NCBI GenBank assembly: GCA_041657405.1
Contig: JBBABX010000002.1
Coordinates: 108,915 to 172,914 of the forward strand
Direction: 5' to 3'
From: Minisyncoccota bacterium
Lineage (GTDB): Bacteria; Patescibacteriota; Minisyncoccia; Phycocordibacterales; XYD1-FULL-46-19
DNA length: 64,000 nucleotides
The notes beneath the pieces were generated by a model, which was not told where the DNA came from, made no database searches, and was given only the letters and a program-made list of their open reading frames with translations. Of this stretch, positions 19,005 to 29,120 are shown one piece after another (the first letter of the stretch is position 1; the number at the start of each line of letters is the position of its first letter). The position numbers and the translations under genes are program-made.

Positions 19005-21716
19005 TTATTTTTTGACAACTGAAGTTTTGGAATTTCTGTTAGAATTATTGGCTTGTCGACGAAAAACTTTTTTTAACTCAACTATTGGCTCGTCTTTTTT
19101 CATTTCAACCATAACAACTCCTCCATTATCAATGGAACGAGTAATAATAAATTTAGCAACCGGGTTTAGAATTTTGTTTTGAATTAAACGTTTTAGAGGA
19201 CGTGCACCATATTCTGGATTAAAACCTTCTTTGGCTAGGTGAGATAAAGTCTTTTCTGATACTTCTAAGAAAATGCCTTTTCTCATCAATCTTTCTTTTA
19301 TCAAATCCAATTGGATAACAACAATCTTTTTAAGCACCTCTTCGGATAGAGGATTAAAAATAATTATTTCGTCCAAACGATTCAAAAATTCTGGCCGAAA
19401 ATGATCTTTAAGACTGCTAGTCATCTTTTCTTTAACATCTTCAAAACTGGTTTCAGCCTCGTCTCGTCCAGAAAAACCAATTCTATTAAAACTCTTAATG
19501 TATTGGCTGCCAATATTAGAGGTCATAATAATAATGGTATTTTTAAAATTGACAGTGCGACCCTTAGAGTCAGTCAGACGACCATTATCAAGAACTTGAA
19601 GCAAAACATTAAATACTTCTGGATGCGCTTTTTCCACTTCATCAAAAAGCAAAATAGAATAGGGACGATGACGAACCATTTCAGTCAAGTTACCCCCCTC
19701 TTCATAACCAACATAACCAGGTGGTGAACCAATAAGTTTAGAGACAGAATATTTTTCCATAAATTCAGACATATCCACTCTGATTAAAGATTTTTCATCA
19801 TTAAACAAAAATTCTGCCAAACTACGAGCTAATTCGGTTTTACCAACACCAGAAGGGCCCAAAAACATAAATGAACCAATGGGACGATCAGGATCAGCAA
19901 TTCCAGCGCGGGAACGTCTCACTGATTCAGAAACTTTTTCTACCGCTTCATCTTGGCCTTTAACTCGTTTTTTCAATTCATCCTCCATACGAACTAATTT
20001 CTCACTCTCTTCTTCTAACATTTTCGTCACGGGGATTCCGGTCCAGCGAGAAACCACTTTGGCAACCTCTTCTTCGGACACTTCTTCCTTAAGAACCTTC
20101 CTCGTCGCTTGTAATTTTTTTAATTTATTTTCTTTAGTTTTAAGATTTTTTTGTCGTTCTGGCATCAAACCATAGAGGATTTCAGCCGCTTTAGTTAAAT
20201 CAGCACGGAGTTCGGCTTGACTAGCTTCAAATTTTAATTTTTCCAACTCTTCTTTAATATCACGGATTTCATTTATTAATTGTTTTTCATTTTTCCAACG
20301 TAATTCAAGCTCACTGACTTTTTCTTTAAGTTCAGCGATTTCTGTCTCAATCTCTTTGATTCGCGATTTAGCTGTTTTATTATCGTTAAGTTCAACCTCT
20401 TTCTTCAAAGCTTCTTTTTCTACTTCTAAACGCATAATTTTGCGTTCGTTATCCTCTAAAACAGCCGGTTTGTTTTCTAATTGCAAACGTAAAGCAGAAG
20501 CTGCTTCATCAATTAAATCTATCGCCTTATCTGGCAAAAAACGGTCAGTGATATAACGAGCCGATAAATTAACCGCCGCAACAATTGAATCATCGGTGAT
20601 ATGGACGCCATGGTGAAGTTCATATTTGTCTTTTAACCCACGTAAAATAGTAACGGCATCCTCTAAAGTTGGTTCTTCAACAGAAACCGGCTGAAAACGC
20701 CTGGTTAAAGCTTGATCACGTTCAATATATTTTTGATATTCTTTGATAGTTGTCGCACCAATTGTGCGCAAATCACCGCGCGCCAACGCGGGTTTTAGCA
20801 TATTAGAAGCATCAATCGCACCTTCGGCCGCGCCAGCTCCGACAATTGTATGAATTTCATCAATAAACAAGATAATTTTATTCTCTGATTTTTCTACTTC
20901 TTTGATAATGTTTTTTAAACGCTCTTCAAATTCTCCCCGATATTTAGTGCCAGCCAAAAGTAACCCCAAATCAAGCGAGACAATTTCCTTGCCTCGCAAA
21001 GATTCTGGCGCGTCACCTTTGGCAATGCGAATTGCCAAACCTTCAACGATTGCTGTTTTGCCAGTACCAGCTTCGCCAACCAGGACTGGATTATTTTTGG
21101 TTCGACGAGACAAAATCTCCATAATTCGACGAATTTCCGCATCACGCCCAATAACTGGATCAAGTTTATCTGCTCTGGCCATTTCGGTTAGATTTCTAGT
21201 AAATTTTTCAATGGCTTTAAATTTTTTAGCAGTCGTTAAATTTGGTATTTTCCCAGATTTTAATTCTTCTAAAATCTGAAGAACATTGTCGCGAGTAATT
21301 TTAAAACGATTAAGTATCTCTTTTGCCTGGCTCGGCACATCCAAGATTGCCAAAAGCAAATGCTCGGTAGATACAAATTCATCACGCAAATTGCTGGCTT
21401 GCTTGATAGATTCTTCAAAAACCTTTACTAATTCTGGAGTTAAATAAATTTGATAGTTAGAGCTAACTACTCCACCCATACTTGAACCCTCAATGCTATC
21501 CAAAATATAGTCAGTCAAGGCAATAGAATCCACTTCTAATTTTTCAATAATAGAAACAACCAAACTTTCTTCCTGCAAAACTAAGGCTGCCAACATGTGC
21601 ATCGGATTGACTTGGTTTTGGGCACGCTCAATCGCCAATTCATGAGATTTACGAATAGCTTCACGAGCTTTTGAAGTAAAATTTTGAAATGGAGGCATAA
21701 ATTTCAAATCTAGCAC
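19005..21716 (-). CDS. clpB: ATP-dependent chaperone ClpB
   Basis: N-domain; D1 Walker [19 protein letters not shown]; long coiled-coil M-domain; D2 Walker [18 protein letters not shown]; GARPLKR. Confidence 0.9.
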   Translation of the reverse strand: MLDLKFMPPFQNFTSKAREAIRKSHELAIERAQNQVNPMHMLAALVLQEESLVVSIIEKLEVDSIALTDYILDSIEGSSMGGVVSSNYQIYLTPELVKVFEESIKQASNLRDEFVSTEHLLLAILDVPSQAKEILNRFKITRDNVLQILEELKSGKIPNLTTAKKFKAIEKFTRNLTEMARADKLDPVIGRDAEIRRIMEILSRRTKNNPVLVGEAGTGKTAIVEGLAIRIAKGDAPESLRGKEIVSLDLGLLLAGTKYRGEFEERLKNIIKEVEKSENKIILFIDEIHTIVGAGAAEGAIDASNMLKPALARGDLRTIGATTIKEYQKYIERDQALTRRFQPVSVEEPTLEDAVTILRGLKDKYELHHGVHITDDSIVAAVNLSARYITDRFLPDKAIDLIDEAASALRLQLENKPAVLEDNERKIMRLEVEKEALKKEVELNDNKTAKSRIKEIETEIAELKEKVSELELRWKNEKQLINEIRDIKEELEKLKFEASQAELRADLTKAAEILYGLMPERQKNLKTKENKLKKLQATRKVLKEEVSEEEVAKVVSRWTGIPVTKMLEEESEKLVRMEDELKKRVKGQDEAVEKVSESVRRSRAGIADPDRPIGSFMFLGPSGVGKTELARSLAEFLFNDEKSLIRVDMSEFMEKYSVSKLIGSPPGYVGYEEGGNLTEMVRHRPYSILLFDEVEKAHPEVFNVLLQVLDNGRLTDSKGRTVNFKNTIIIMTSNIGSQYIKSFNRIGFSGRDEAETSFEDVKEKMTSSLKDHFRPEFLNRLDEIIIFNPLSEEVLKKIVVIQLDLIKERLMRKGIFLEVSEKTLSHLAKEGFNPEYGARPLKRLIQNKILNPVAKFIITRSIDNGGVVMVEMKKDEPIVELKKVFRRQANNSNRNSKTSVVKK

Positions 21717-21888
21717 TACTAAATAATTATAATTATCGACAAATTTCTAATAAAAAGTTAATTAGAAAGAAAAACTACCACTTAAATTAAGCTGCTAAAA
21801 TTAAATTTATAATTTATCTACAAAATTCAATCTGTCTGATTTAAATTAATGCTGAAAACTTTCTTATCGTACATTTACCTTAACACAG

Positions 21889-22692
21889 TTATCTTATTTG
21901 GTCAACAAACCTTTTCAGGGTTAGTGAAGCCAAAGCATAACCTCGAGCAATACCAATTCCTACAATCCGACCCTGGGTATCAATTACTGGACCACCAATA
22001 TTGTCTGAATTTACAGCGTTAGTCCTGATAAGCCCAGCTGTATTAGTTGCCGTTTGATCAGTACTCGTTGCCGTCGCACTAACAAAATCAATTATAATAC
22101 CAGTCGCAATTTCGGTTGAATTATCATTGGCAACACTCAAGCCAACGACTGTCTGACCGACTGTCGGTTCTTCCCCTAATAATTGTCCGGGCTTGGCAAA
22201 TTCCGTGCCAGAAGCGTTGATTTTAAAAAAGGCTATTCCGTGGTTATCATCCCGATTTATTAAATCTGCTTGAAGATTCGCTTTGCCAAAAGAAACAGAT
22301 ACTTCCTCTAAATTTTCCGGCAAATTTTTGGCGCCAGTTACAACTAAATCATTTTCCAACAGAAAACCTGTTCCTAACCCCTTTTTCCCAACATCATCTT
22401 TTTGAGAAATTTTTACCACCCCAGAAGAAACTTTGCCAACTGCTTGAGCAATTAATTCTCCTTCGTTGGGCAAAGGCGCTTCGCGGACAATCTTTACAAT
22501 TGTCGTAGTCGCCCCAGGCACAATCTTTTCTATCGTCCTTTCTACGACTTTTGTCACCGCGCCAGAAAAACCACCTTGGGGTGATTGATCAAGCAAGGTA
22601 ACAGTGACAATCGCCGTGGTAACAGAAGTTACAAACATTACAAGAAGAAGCAGTAAAAAAAATTGGCTTTTATTCAAATCATTGATAGTCAT
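21889..22692 (-). CDS. membrane-anchored trypsin-like serine protease (S1 family; no PDZ)
   Basis: N-terminal TM; catalytic Ser motif GGP in NSDNIGGPVID; Gly-rich beta-barrel segments. Confidence 0.6.
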   Translation of the reverse strand: MTINDLNKSQFFLLLLLVMFVTSVTTAIVTVTLLDQSPQGGFSGAVTKVVERTIEKIVPGATTTIVKIVREAPLPNEGELIAQAVGKVSSGVVKISQKDDVGKKGLGTGFLLENDLVVTGAKNLPENLEEVSVSFGKANLQADLINRDDNHGIAFFKINASGTEFAKPGQLLGEEPTVGQTVVGLSVANDNSTEIATGIIIDFVSATATSTDQTATNTAGLIRTNAVNSDNIGGPVIDTQGRIVGIGIARGYALASLTLKRFVDQIR

Positions 22693-22811
22693 ACAAAAAT
22701 TATAACATAAAAAAAGATAAAGAAAGAATTTTTGAATAGTTTTTTAAAACTTGTTTTAATTTCCACGAAAATTAGTAAAAAAGCCCTATCCCATTTTAAG
22801 GAAATAGAGCT

Positions 22812-23510
22812 TTAAACGACAAATGCAAAACCTAAATTTCTATCCAATTTGAGGCTGGGAGTGATGAAATTAGTATCCAACCAATTTCCTCCAGCGCTAC
22901 GATTGATACTAAGCAAACGCCAATCACCATTGAAGTCTTTGACTGGTCGCATAACCACAATCCGCCAAAATCCCATTTCTTCGATTTCTTTATCTGTAAA
23001 CCTCTGGCGAATCAGACAAGCGATTTCAAGTTGGGGAGCAAAGAAACGACAACCAACCGCAAAGGCTTTGATTTTGCCAAAACTTCGGTCATTATTTCCA
23101 AAAAACAAGCCTCTGAAAATCACCACTTTTGTTGTCACTCCCGAGGTTGAATCAAAAGATGATGAAAAAAGCACTCGTTTGGCACAATCTTTAATCCGAC
23201 AGTTCCTTTGTTCAAGGCGTGAAACCCATTTAGGACCAGACGTTCCATCACTGGTAACTGTAAAGTACACAAGACCATTCTCTTCAAACCAACCTTCTCG
23301 ACAATACTGTTTAGGCGTCATTTTCTTTTTCTCTCGATAAAATTCCTCCTCAAGATCATCAAGCTTTGCTTTAACCAAAACATTTCCAGCAATTTTAATT
23401 CTTCTGTTCTTGTTTATCATCGCCAAACCTCCCTCTACTCGTTTGTTAGTCTTTGTCAAAGAGCCAACGACAATACCTCCACAGTATAGCAAAACAAAGG
23501 CAACAAACAA
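22812..23510 (-). CDS. hypothetical protein with N-terminal TM
   Basis: 232-aa ORF, protein-like composition, no recognisable motifs. Confidence 0.4.
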   Translation of the reverse strand: MFVAFVLLYCGGIVVGSLTKTNKRVEGGLAMINKNRRIKIAGNVLVKAKLDDLEEEFYREKKKMTPKQYCREGWFEENGLVYFTVTSDGTSGPKWVSRLEQRNCRIKDCAKRVLFSSSFDSTSGVTTKVVIFRGLFFGNNDRSFGKIKAFAVGCRFFAPQLEIACLIRQRFTDKEIEEMGFWRIVVMRPVKDFNGDWRLLSINRSAGGNWLDTNFITPSLKLDRNLGFAFVV

Positions 23511-23587
23511 ACGCTTAAGATAGATGTTGAAGCGTTTAAACCCTTACATTGAGCCATTTATAAAGAAAAGAAAGATAACTAAAAATT

Positions 23588-24793
23588 TCAAAATCGATGA
23601 TATTTAACAATAATTTCATTCAAACTTCTAATAAATTTTTGAGCTTCGCTTATTTTGGCTTCCCGCGGCAAACTAACTCTAACCGCCCCCTTTTGTCTCT
23701 CTTCATTATAACCAAGAGCCCTCATTACCTGAGAATCAGCATCGACTCCCAAAGAACAGGCGCTACCAGCTGAAATAGCGAAACCTTTTTTATCCATTTC
23801 CAAAACTAATTGCTCCCCTTCCAAACCCTCGACTGAGAAATTTAAAATATTTGGCAATCTCTCCATCCCAGCTAAACTACTGTTAATTTTAACCTCTGGA
23901 ATTTTTAATAATTCTTTCGCTAAATAATCGCGAATTTTTGTTAATTTTAGGATTTCTTTTTCTTTTTTTAATTCACAAATCTCTAAAGCTTTGGCTAAAC
24001 CAACGATTGCCGGAGTATTATAGCTGCCAGACCGACGTCCAGTTTCTTGCCCCCCTCCTAATATTATTGGCGCCAACTCAACTCCCCGTCTAACATAAAG
24101 AAAACCGACACCTTTAGGACCAAAAATTTTTGAACCATTAACAGTCATCAGATCCACCCCTAATTGTAAGACGTTCAGATTAAGAAAACGTGGTGCTTGG
24201 CACGCATCAATATGCAAATAAGGAAATTCAGTTTTTTGTTCTTTGCGCCAACGACGAATCACTTTAACCACTTCTTTAATTGGTTGAATTGCGCCAATCT
24301 CATTATTGGCATAAATTATTGAGAGCAAAAAAGTTTCTGTCTTCAAATTTTTTTCGACTTCTTTAGGATTAATCAAACCATTCTCTGAAACTGGCAAATA
24401 AGAAATTTGGTAGCCCTCCTTCTCTAAATAATGAAATGGTTCAAGCGTTGCTTTATGCTCAATCATTGTGGTGATAAGGTGACCAGTTTTTCCATAGGCA
24501 CGCGCAGTTCCTAAAATTGCCAAGTTATTGCTTTCTGTTCCGCCACTAGTAAAAATAATTTCCGCTGGTTGTGCCGCAATCAACCTGGCAATAATTTTTC
24601 GCGCTTCGAACAAATTCTGCTGCGCCAAAATTCCTTCTCGATGAAGACTGGAAGGGTTGCCAAAATCTTTAGCGGCTTTGCTCATCACTTTTTTGACAAC
24701 TGGTTCAAGCTTGGTTGCGGCCGCCGTGTCCCAATAATATCTGCGCTTTTTATTTCTAAAAATATTTCCCCGAAATAACTCCATAGTTGGCAT
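23588..24793 (-). CDS. cysteine desulfurase (aminotransferase class V; IscS/NifS-like)
   Basis: SGGTESNN; PLP lysine region NGSKIFGPKGVGFLYVRR; active-site Cys loop SAGSACS. Confidence 0.8.
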   Translation of the reverse strand: MPTMELFRGNIFRNKKRRYYWDTAAATKLEPVVKKVMSKAAKDFGNPSSLHREGILAQQNLFEARKIIARLIAAQPAEIIFTSGGTESNNLAILGTARAYGKTGHLITTMIEHKATLEPFHYLEKEGYQISYLPVSENGLINPKEVEKNLKTETFLLSIIYANNEIGAIQPIKEVVKVIRRWRKEQKTEFPYLHIDACQAPRFLNLNVLQLGVDLMTVNGSKIFGPKGVGFLYVRRGVELAPIILGGGQETGRRSGSYNTPAIVGLAKALEICELKKEKEILKLTKIRDYLAKELLKIPEVKINSSLAGMERLPNILNFSVEGLEGEQLVLEMDKKGFAISAGSACSLGVDADSQVMRALGYNEERQKGAVRVSLPREAKISEAQKFIRSLNEIIVKYHRF

Positions 24794-24822
24794 TTTATCA
24801 CATTTTGATTTAAAATTAAGAT

Positions 24823-25284
24823 ATGGATTTAAATACTTTATTTATTGTCACTTTTGGTCTGATTGCCATTGTGATTTTTATTTTGGTTAGAATAATCATT
24901 TTGGAAAAGAAATTAAAAAATTTATTGGCAGGCAAAAATGCTCGCAGCCTGGAAGATACCATTAGCAACAACGTTGAAACGATCCAAAAAATTGACAAGC
25001 GCATTTTGTTGATTGCTCAAGAAATAGACAGCATCAACAAACGCCTTGCCAAAGCTATCCAAAAAGTTCACGTGGTTCGTTTCAATCCCTTTAAAGATCA
25101 GGGCGGTAATCAAAGTTTTGCGACTAGTTTCTTAGATGAAAAAGGAGACGGAGTGGTAATTTCTAGCCTTTACTCTCGTGACAAATTTAGCGTTTATGCC
25201 AAACCAATAAATAGTGGCAAGTCAAAATACGAATTATCTGAAGAAGAACGTGAGGCAATAGACTGCGCAGAACAACAAATTTAA
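24823..25284 (+). CDS. DUF4446-like membrane protein
   Basis: Single N-terminal TM, coiled coil, and VHVVRFNPF...GGNQSFATSFLDEKGDGVVISSLYSRD, typical of the DUF4446 family. Confidence 0.45.
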   Translation: MDLNTLFIVTFGLIAIVIFILVRIIILEKKLKNLLAGKNARSLEDTISNNVETIQKIDKRILLIAQEIDSINKRLAKAIQKVHVVRFNPFKDQGGNQSFATSFLDEKGDGVVISSLYSRDKFSVYAKPINSGKSKYELSEEEREAIDCAEQQI

Positions 25285-25348
25285 GATAATTCCTACAAAC
25301 ATTAACAGCGTTCAAACGCGTTTTTTTGACGTTTGAATAAATTTAAAC

Positions 25349-26881
25349 TTGTCTTTAGACCTTTTTATTGGTTTAATACCAAGTGTAATGGAAACTCAAG
25401 AAAACAAAAAAACGGTCCGACCACCAGTTATTGCAGTTATGGGTCATATTGACCATGGCAAATCAAAATTACTTGATTATATTCGCAAAACGAACGTGGT
25501 AGATCGCGAATCTGGAGGGATCACCCAACACGTTAGCGCTTATGAGGTTCTTCACAATAATCAAAAAATAACTTTTTTGGATACTCCGGGACATGCTGCT
25601 TTTGAAGCTATGCGCGGTCGTGGTGCGCAAATTTGTGATATTGCCATCTTAATCGTTTCCGCCGAAGAAGGTGTCAAAGCGCAAACTCTTGAAGCATTAA
25701 AATCAATCAAAGAAAACAACAAGCCTTTTGTTGTTGTTATTAGCAAGATAGATAAACCAGAGGCCAATCCTGAACATACAAAACAAAGTTTGGCCGAAAA
25801 CGATATTTTTGTTGAAGGTTATGGTGGAAGCATCCCCTGTGTTTTGGTTTCTTCTACTGAGGGCACAGGAATTGACGAACTTTTAGATCTTTTGCTCTTA
25901 GTCGCCGAAATGGAGGAGTTAAAAGGGAACATACAGACTACGGCTGAAGGCTACGTTTTGGAAACAAATATGGATCCACGCGCCGGTGTCACGGCTACCT
26001 TAATAATAAAAGATGGAATTTTAAATGATAAAAATTTTATTGTCGCCGGCAACACCTTAAGCAAGATTAAAAAAATGGAAAACTTTTTGGGTCAGCCTGT
26101 TAAAGAACTTTCTTTTTCATCACCAGTTAAAATTTTTGGTTTTTCCGAATTACCTCCAGTTGGTTGCAAATTCAAGGCTTTCCCAGACAAAAACACTGCC
26201 GAAAAATGGCTTGAGGAAAATCCTTTTAAAACTACTCCTTGCGCCAAGATTTTAAATTCCAACCTTGATAAAGACTCCGTCAGCATTCCGCTTATTATCA
26301 AAGCAGATGTTGCTGGCACTTTGGAAGCCGTGGAAAAAGAATTAGCCAAAATTAATTTGGAACGTGTTCATCTAGATATTGTGGCAAAAAATGTCGGACC
26401 CGTTTCTGAAAATGATGTTAAGATGGTCAACGCTTTTCCCGAAGCAGTTATCCTTGGTTTTAAAGTTAAAACTGAAAAAAGTGCCGAGACTTTAGCTGAA
26501 AAATCCAATATTCTCATCAAAACTTCTGATATTATTTACAAATTGTCTGAATGGCTAGAAGAATTGGCCCTTAAGCGAACCCCTAAAATAACTGTTGAAG
26601 AAATTGTCGGTCGTGCAAAAATTTTAAAAACTTTCGCCAGCACCAAAGATAAACAAATCATTGGCGGGATTGTTAATTCTGGCAAAATTATGAAAAACTT
26701 AAAAATTAAGATCAACAGACACGAAAATGAAATCGGCCAAGGCAAAATTCTTGATTTACAAATCCAAAAAATCAAAACAAACGAAGTGGGAGAAAACACC
26801 CAGTTTGGAGCCGAAATCGAATCAAAAGTGGAAATTGCCGCTGGTGATGTTATTTATGCTTTTGAAACAGTAACTAAATAA
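25349..26881 (+). CDS. infB: translation initiation factor IF-2 (short form; start may be ATG at 25388)
   Basis: G-domain AVMGHIDHGKSKLLD, DTPGH and ISKIDK, followed by the IF-2 beta-barrel domains. Confidence 0.9.
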   Translation: MSLDLFIGLIPSVMETQENKKTVRPPVIAVMGHIDHGKSKLLDYIRKTNVVDRESGGITQHVSAYEVLHNNQKITFLDTPGHAAFEAMRGRGAQICDIAILIVSAEEGVKAQTLEALKSIKENNKPFVVVISKIDKPEANPEHTKQSLAENDIFVEGYGGSIPCVLVSSTEGTGIDELLDLLLLVAEMEELKGNIQTTAEGYVLETNMDPRAGVTATLIIKDGILNDKNFIVAGNTLSKIKKMENFLGQPVKELSFSSPVKIFGFSELPPVGCKFKAFPDKNTAEKWLEENPFKTTPCAKILNSNLDKDSVSIPLIIKADVAGTLEAVEKELAKINLERVHLDIVAKNVGPVSENDVKMVNAFPEAVILGFKVKTEKSAETLAEKSNILIKTSDIIYKLSEWLEELALKRTPKITVEEIVGRAKILKTFASTKDKQIIGGIVNSGKIMKNLKIKINRHENEIGQGKILDLQIQKIKTNEVGENTQFGAEIESKVEIAAGDVIYAFETVTK

Positions 26882-26883
26882 TT

Positions 26884-27207
26884 ATGACTTTCCATAAAGA
26901 AAAAGAAGAGTCCCTTCTTCAAGGTTTAGTTGCCGAATATTTAAACCGTGAAGCTGGCACTAAATCTCTTATCACAGTTACTCGTTGTTCTATCAGTTCA
27001 GATTCAAAAAAAGCAACTGCTTATATTTCAGTTATCCCAGAGAATCTAGAAGAAGAAGCGTTAAATTTTGCCAAAAGACGACGACCAGAAATTAGAACTT
27101 ACATCAAAGAAAATTCCAGACTACGTCATCTTCCTCACGTTGAAATAAAAATAGATGAGGGTGAAAAAAATCGACAAAACATTGAACGCTTAATAAGGAA
27201 CGGATAA
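26884..27207 (+). CDS. rbfA: ribosome-binding factor A
   Basis: Position immediately after infB. KH-like fold signature LVAEYLNRE...ITVTRCSISSDSKKATAYISV. Confidence 0.7.
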   Translation: MTFHKEKEESLLQGLVAEYLNREAGTKSLITVTRCSISSDSKKATAYISVIPENLEEEALNFAKRRRPEIRTYIKENSRLRHLPHVEIKIDEGEKNRQNIERLIRNG

Positions 27208-27304
27208 AAAATTAAATTAGTCTTTGAAAATGGAAAATTAAAACTAAAAATGCTAAGATTTATTCTGTCTTTAGGTTTTACATTTTTAGATTTGATTTTG
27301 ATAC

Positions 27305-27376
27305 GGCCTGGTCGCCAAGTGGTAAGGCAAGGGTCTGCAAAACCCTTATACGGCGGTTCGATTCCGCCCCAGGCCT
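27305..27376 (+). tRNA. tRNA-Cys(GCA)
   Basis: Acceptor GGCCTGG/CCAGGCC, anticodon stem AGGGT/ACCCT with loop CTGCAAA, T-arm GGCGGTTCGATTCCGCC. Confidence 0.85.
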
Positions 27377-27461
27377 CCCGCAAATGTAAAATTTGAGTTA
27401 AAAATGTAGGTTAAATATTATCTTTACATCTTAATTTTTTTATTTTACATTTGTTTATAAA

Positions 27462-27543
27462 GCCCGGGTGGTGGAATCGGTATACACGCACGACTTAAAA
27501 TCGTGTGGAGAAATCCGTGCGGGTTCGAGTCCCGCCCCGGGCA
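27462..27543 (+). tRNA. tRNA-Leu(TAA)
   Basis: Acceptor GCCCGGG/CCCGGGC, anticodon stem CACGA/TCGTG with loop CTTAAAA, long variable arm, T-loop GGTTCGAGTCC. Confidence 0.85.
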
Positions 27544-27613
27544 CAAATTTTAGTTTTACTTTTTAGTAAAACTCCTTGACAAAAATTTGACACTAAAATT
27601 TTTTAATCAAAAT

Positions 27614-27655
27614 ATTTGATAACAAAGTGTGCGGCCGCATACTTTGTTATCAAAT
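27614..27655. repeat. 42-bp near-perfect palindrome with GCGGCCGC core (copy 1)
   Basis: ATTTGATAACAAAGTGTGC-GGCC-GCATACTTTGTTATCAAAT, with one arm mismatch. Shares its core with the copy at 28651. Confidence 0.8.
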
Positions 27656-27684
27656 CTTAAGTTTGTTATAATTAATTTTTAGTT

Positions 27685-28200
27685 ATGAGTTTAACTAGCG
27701 AAATACTCTTTTTTCTTTCTAATAATCCTGGAAATTATCGAGAGTTAAGATCTCGTCTTTCCAGTTCCTATATTGATGACAAATTAAGAAGCAAACAATA
27801 CGAAAAACAAAAAACCAGAGACGATGATAAATCTTTTAGGACTCTTTTGTCTAACTTAAAGAAAAGGGGTTACCTAAAAAATAACAAGGGAATTTGGTCG
27901 GTCACCCCAAAAGGTCTAAAAAGAACCAAAGAATTAAAAGGATTTACGAATTATTGTAACTATCCAAAACTAAAAAATTGTAGTGGAAAAATAATAATTT
28001 CTTTTGATATTCCCGAATTAAACCGATCAGCACGTTCTTGGCTCAGACGAGCCCTCTATAATTTAGACTTTACAATGTTGCAACATAGTGTTTGGTTGGG
28101 ACCTTCTCCTTTGCCAGAAGAATTTATTATTGACCTAAAGATAAAAGAAATATTTAAATGCTTAAAGTTTTTTACCGTGAAAGAAACTGAGATCGTTTAG
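27685..28200 (+). CDS. winged-helix DNA-binding protein with C-terminal Cas2-like domain (VapD/Cas2/PaaX-C fold)
   Basis: N-terminal wHTH-like region GYLKNNKGIWSVTPKG. C-terminal KIIISFDIPELNRSARSWLRRALYNLDFTMLQHSVWLGP matches the Cas2 pattern (YDI...RRR..L...G.R.Q.SVF). Confidence 0.45.
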   Translation: MSLTSEILFFLSNNPGNYRELRSRLSSSYIDDKLRSKQYEKQKTRDDDKSFRTLLSNLKKRGYLKNNKGIWSVTPKGLKRTKELKGFTNYCNYPKLKNCSGKIIISFDIPELNRSARSWLRRALYNLDFTMLQHSVWLGPSPLPEEFIIDLKIKEIFKCLKFFTVKETEIV

Positions 28201-28263
28201 TTCCAGAAATAATCTTAACAAAAACAAAACGTTACTTTGTTATTAAAGCAAACTCCTTATTGG

Positions 28264-28347
28264 TGCTGGGGAGAGGACTCGAACCTCCATGGATTTTACT
28301 CCACTAGCTCCTAAGGCTAGCGCGTCTACCAATTTCGCCACCCCAGC
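28264..28347 (-). tRNA. tRNA-Leu(TAG) (CCA encoded at 28261-28263)
   Basis: Reverse complement: acceptor GCTGGGG/CCCCAGC, anticodon stem CTAGC/GCTAG with loop CTTAGGA, long variable arm, T-loop GGTTCGAGTCC. Confidence 0.85.
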
Positions 28348-28403
28348 ATTTAAATTTGTGAGCAAGGCATGCTTCGCTTGTCCAGGCACTTGCTTCGCTC
28401 GTG

Positions 28404-28476
28404 TCCGCCCAGAGGGATTCGAACCCCCGACCGTTTGCTTAAGAGGCAACTGCTCTACCGACTGAGCTATGGGCGG
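28404..28476 (-). tRNA. tRNA-Lys(CTT)
   Basis: Reverse complement: D-arm GCTCAGTCGGTAGAGC, anticodon loop CTCTTAA, T-loop GGTTCGAATCC. Acceptor CCGCCCA/TGGGCGG gives an unusual C1-G72 pair, so the exact ends are uncertain by +/-1. Confidence 0.75.
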
Positions 28477-28650
28477 ATAAACTGACTAAAAACAAAACCA
28501 AGATAAATAAATCTTGCCATAACGAAACTGGAACTATTCGCCATAAACATTCTGATATTTTTGAAAAACTATGGACAAATAAACACCACCATATTATTAC
28601 AAAAAACAAGTAAAAAGCCAAGATTTTTAAACTTTCTACTTTATAAACTA

Positions 28651-28700
28651 TTCTTTTTGATAACAAAGTGTGCGGCCGCACACTTTGTTATCAAAAAGAA
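28651..28700. repeat. 50-bp perfect palindrome with GCGGCCGC core (copy 2); candidate bidirectional terminator
   Basis: TTCTTTTTGATAACAAAGTGTGC-GGCC-GCACACTTTGTTATCAAAAAGAA. Both arms end in T/A runs. Confidence 0.8.
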
Positions 28701-28861
28701 TAACACCAATCTTTATTAAATTCTAAAAAATGACTTTCACAACTTTAAACTTTAAAACATTTTAAAAAATATCCCTCAAAATTTAAAAATACACCTAATA
28801 AATACAGTTGTCTCCAAAATCAGCAAAATTTAACCTTAAAATCCTTATTTTAAATCTATAT

Positions 28862-28890
28862 TTGACTTTTTTCGCAAAAAGGTGTATAAT
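28862..28890 (+). promoter_or_regulatory. consensus sigma70 promoter
   Basis: TTGACT; 17-nt spacer; TATAAT. Drives the downstream high-GC 3-gene module. Confidence 0.6.
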
Positions 28891-28972
28891 AATAGGTAGA
28901 AATGTTCGGGGATGTTCCCCTTTTGAAAATGTGGTTAATAAAAATTAGGGGGTAAAACCCCAAGGAGGTTGT

Positions 28973-29113
28973 TATGTTATTTTTCCAGATCGTTCTTGGG
29001 TTCGTTTTGATGTTAGTATTGGCGACTATAACCAGTCCTTTATGGCTCTTTTGGCTCGCCAATAATCCGCGTTTCACTTTCATCTCACCGTTCACTACAA
29101 TCCGTGACGGTTA
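28973..29113 (+). CDS. 46-aa hydrophobic membrane peptide
   Basis: RBS AAGGAGG 5 nt upstream. MLFFQIVLGFVLMLVLATITSPLWLFWLANNPRF..., with a single TM. Ends 8 nt before the SPFH-like ORF. Confidence 0.4.
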
Positions 29114-29120
29114 AGCAAAA

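Noticed and set aside
19401-21279. Several plus-strand ORFs (98-125 aa) inside clpB
   Set aside because: Antisense shadows of a well-supported long gene.
27135-27383. 82-aa minus-strand ORF
   Set aside because: Overlaps tRNA-Cys on the opposite strand; spurious.
28243-28681. Two minus-strand ORFs (68 and 80 aa)
   Set aside because: Both lie across tRNA-Leu(TAG) and tRNA-Lys(CTT) and the palindrome; translation of tRNA sequence, not genes.
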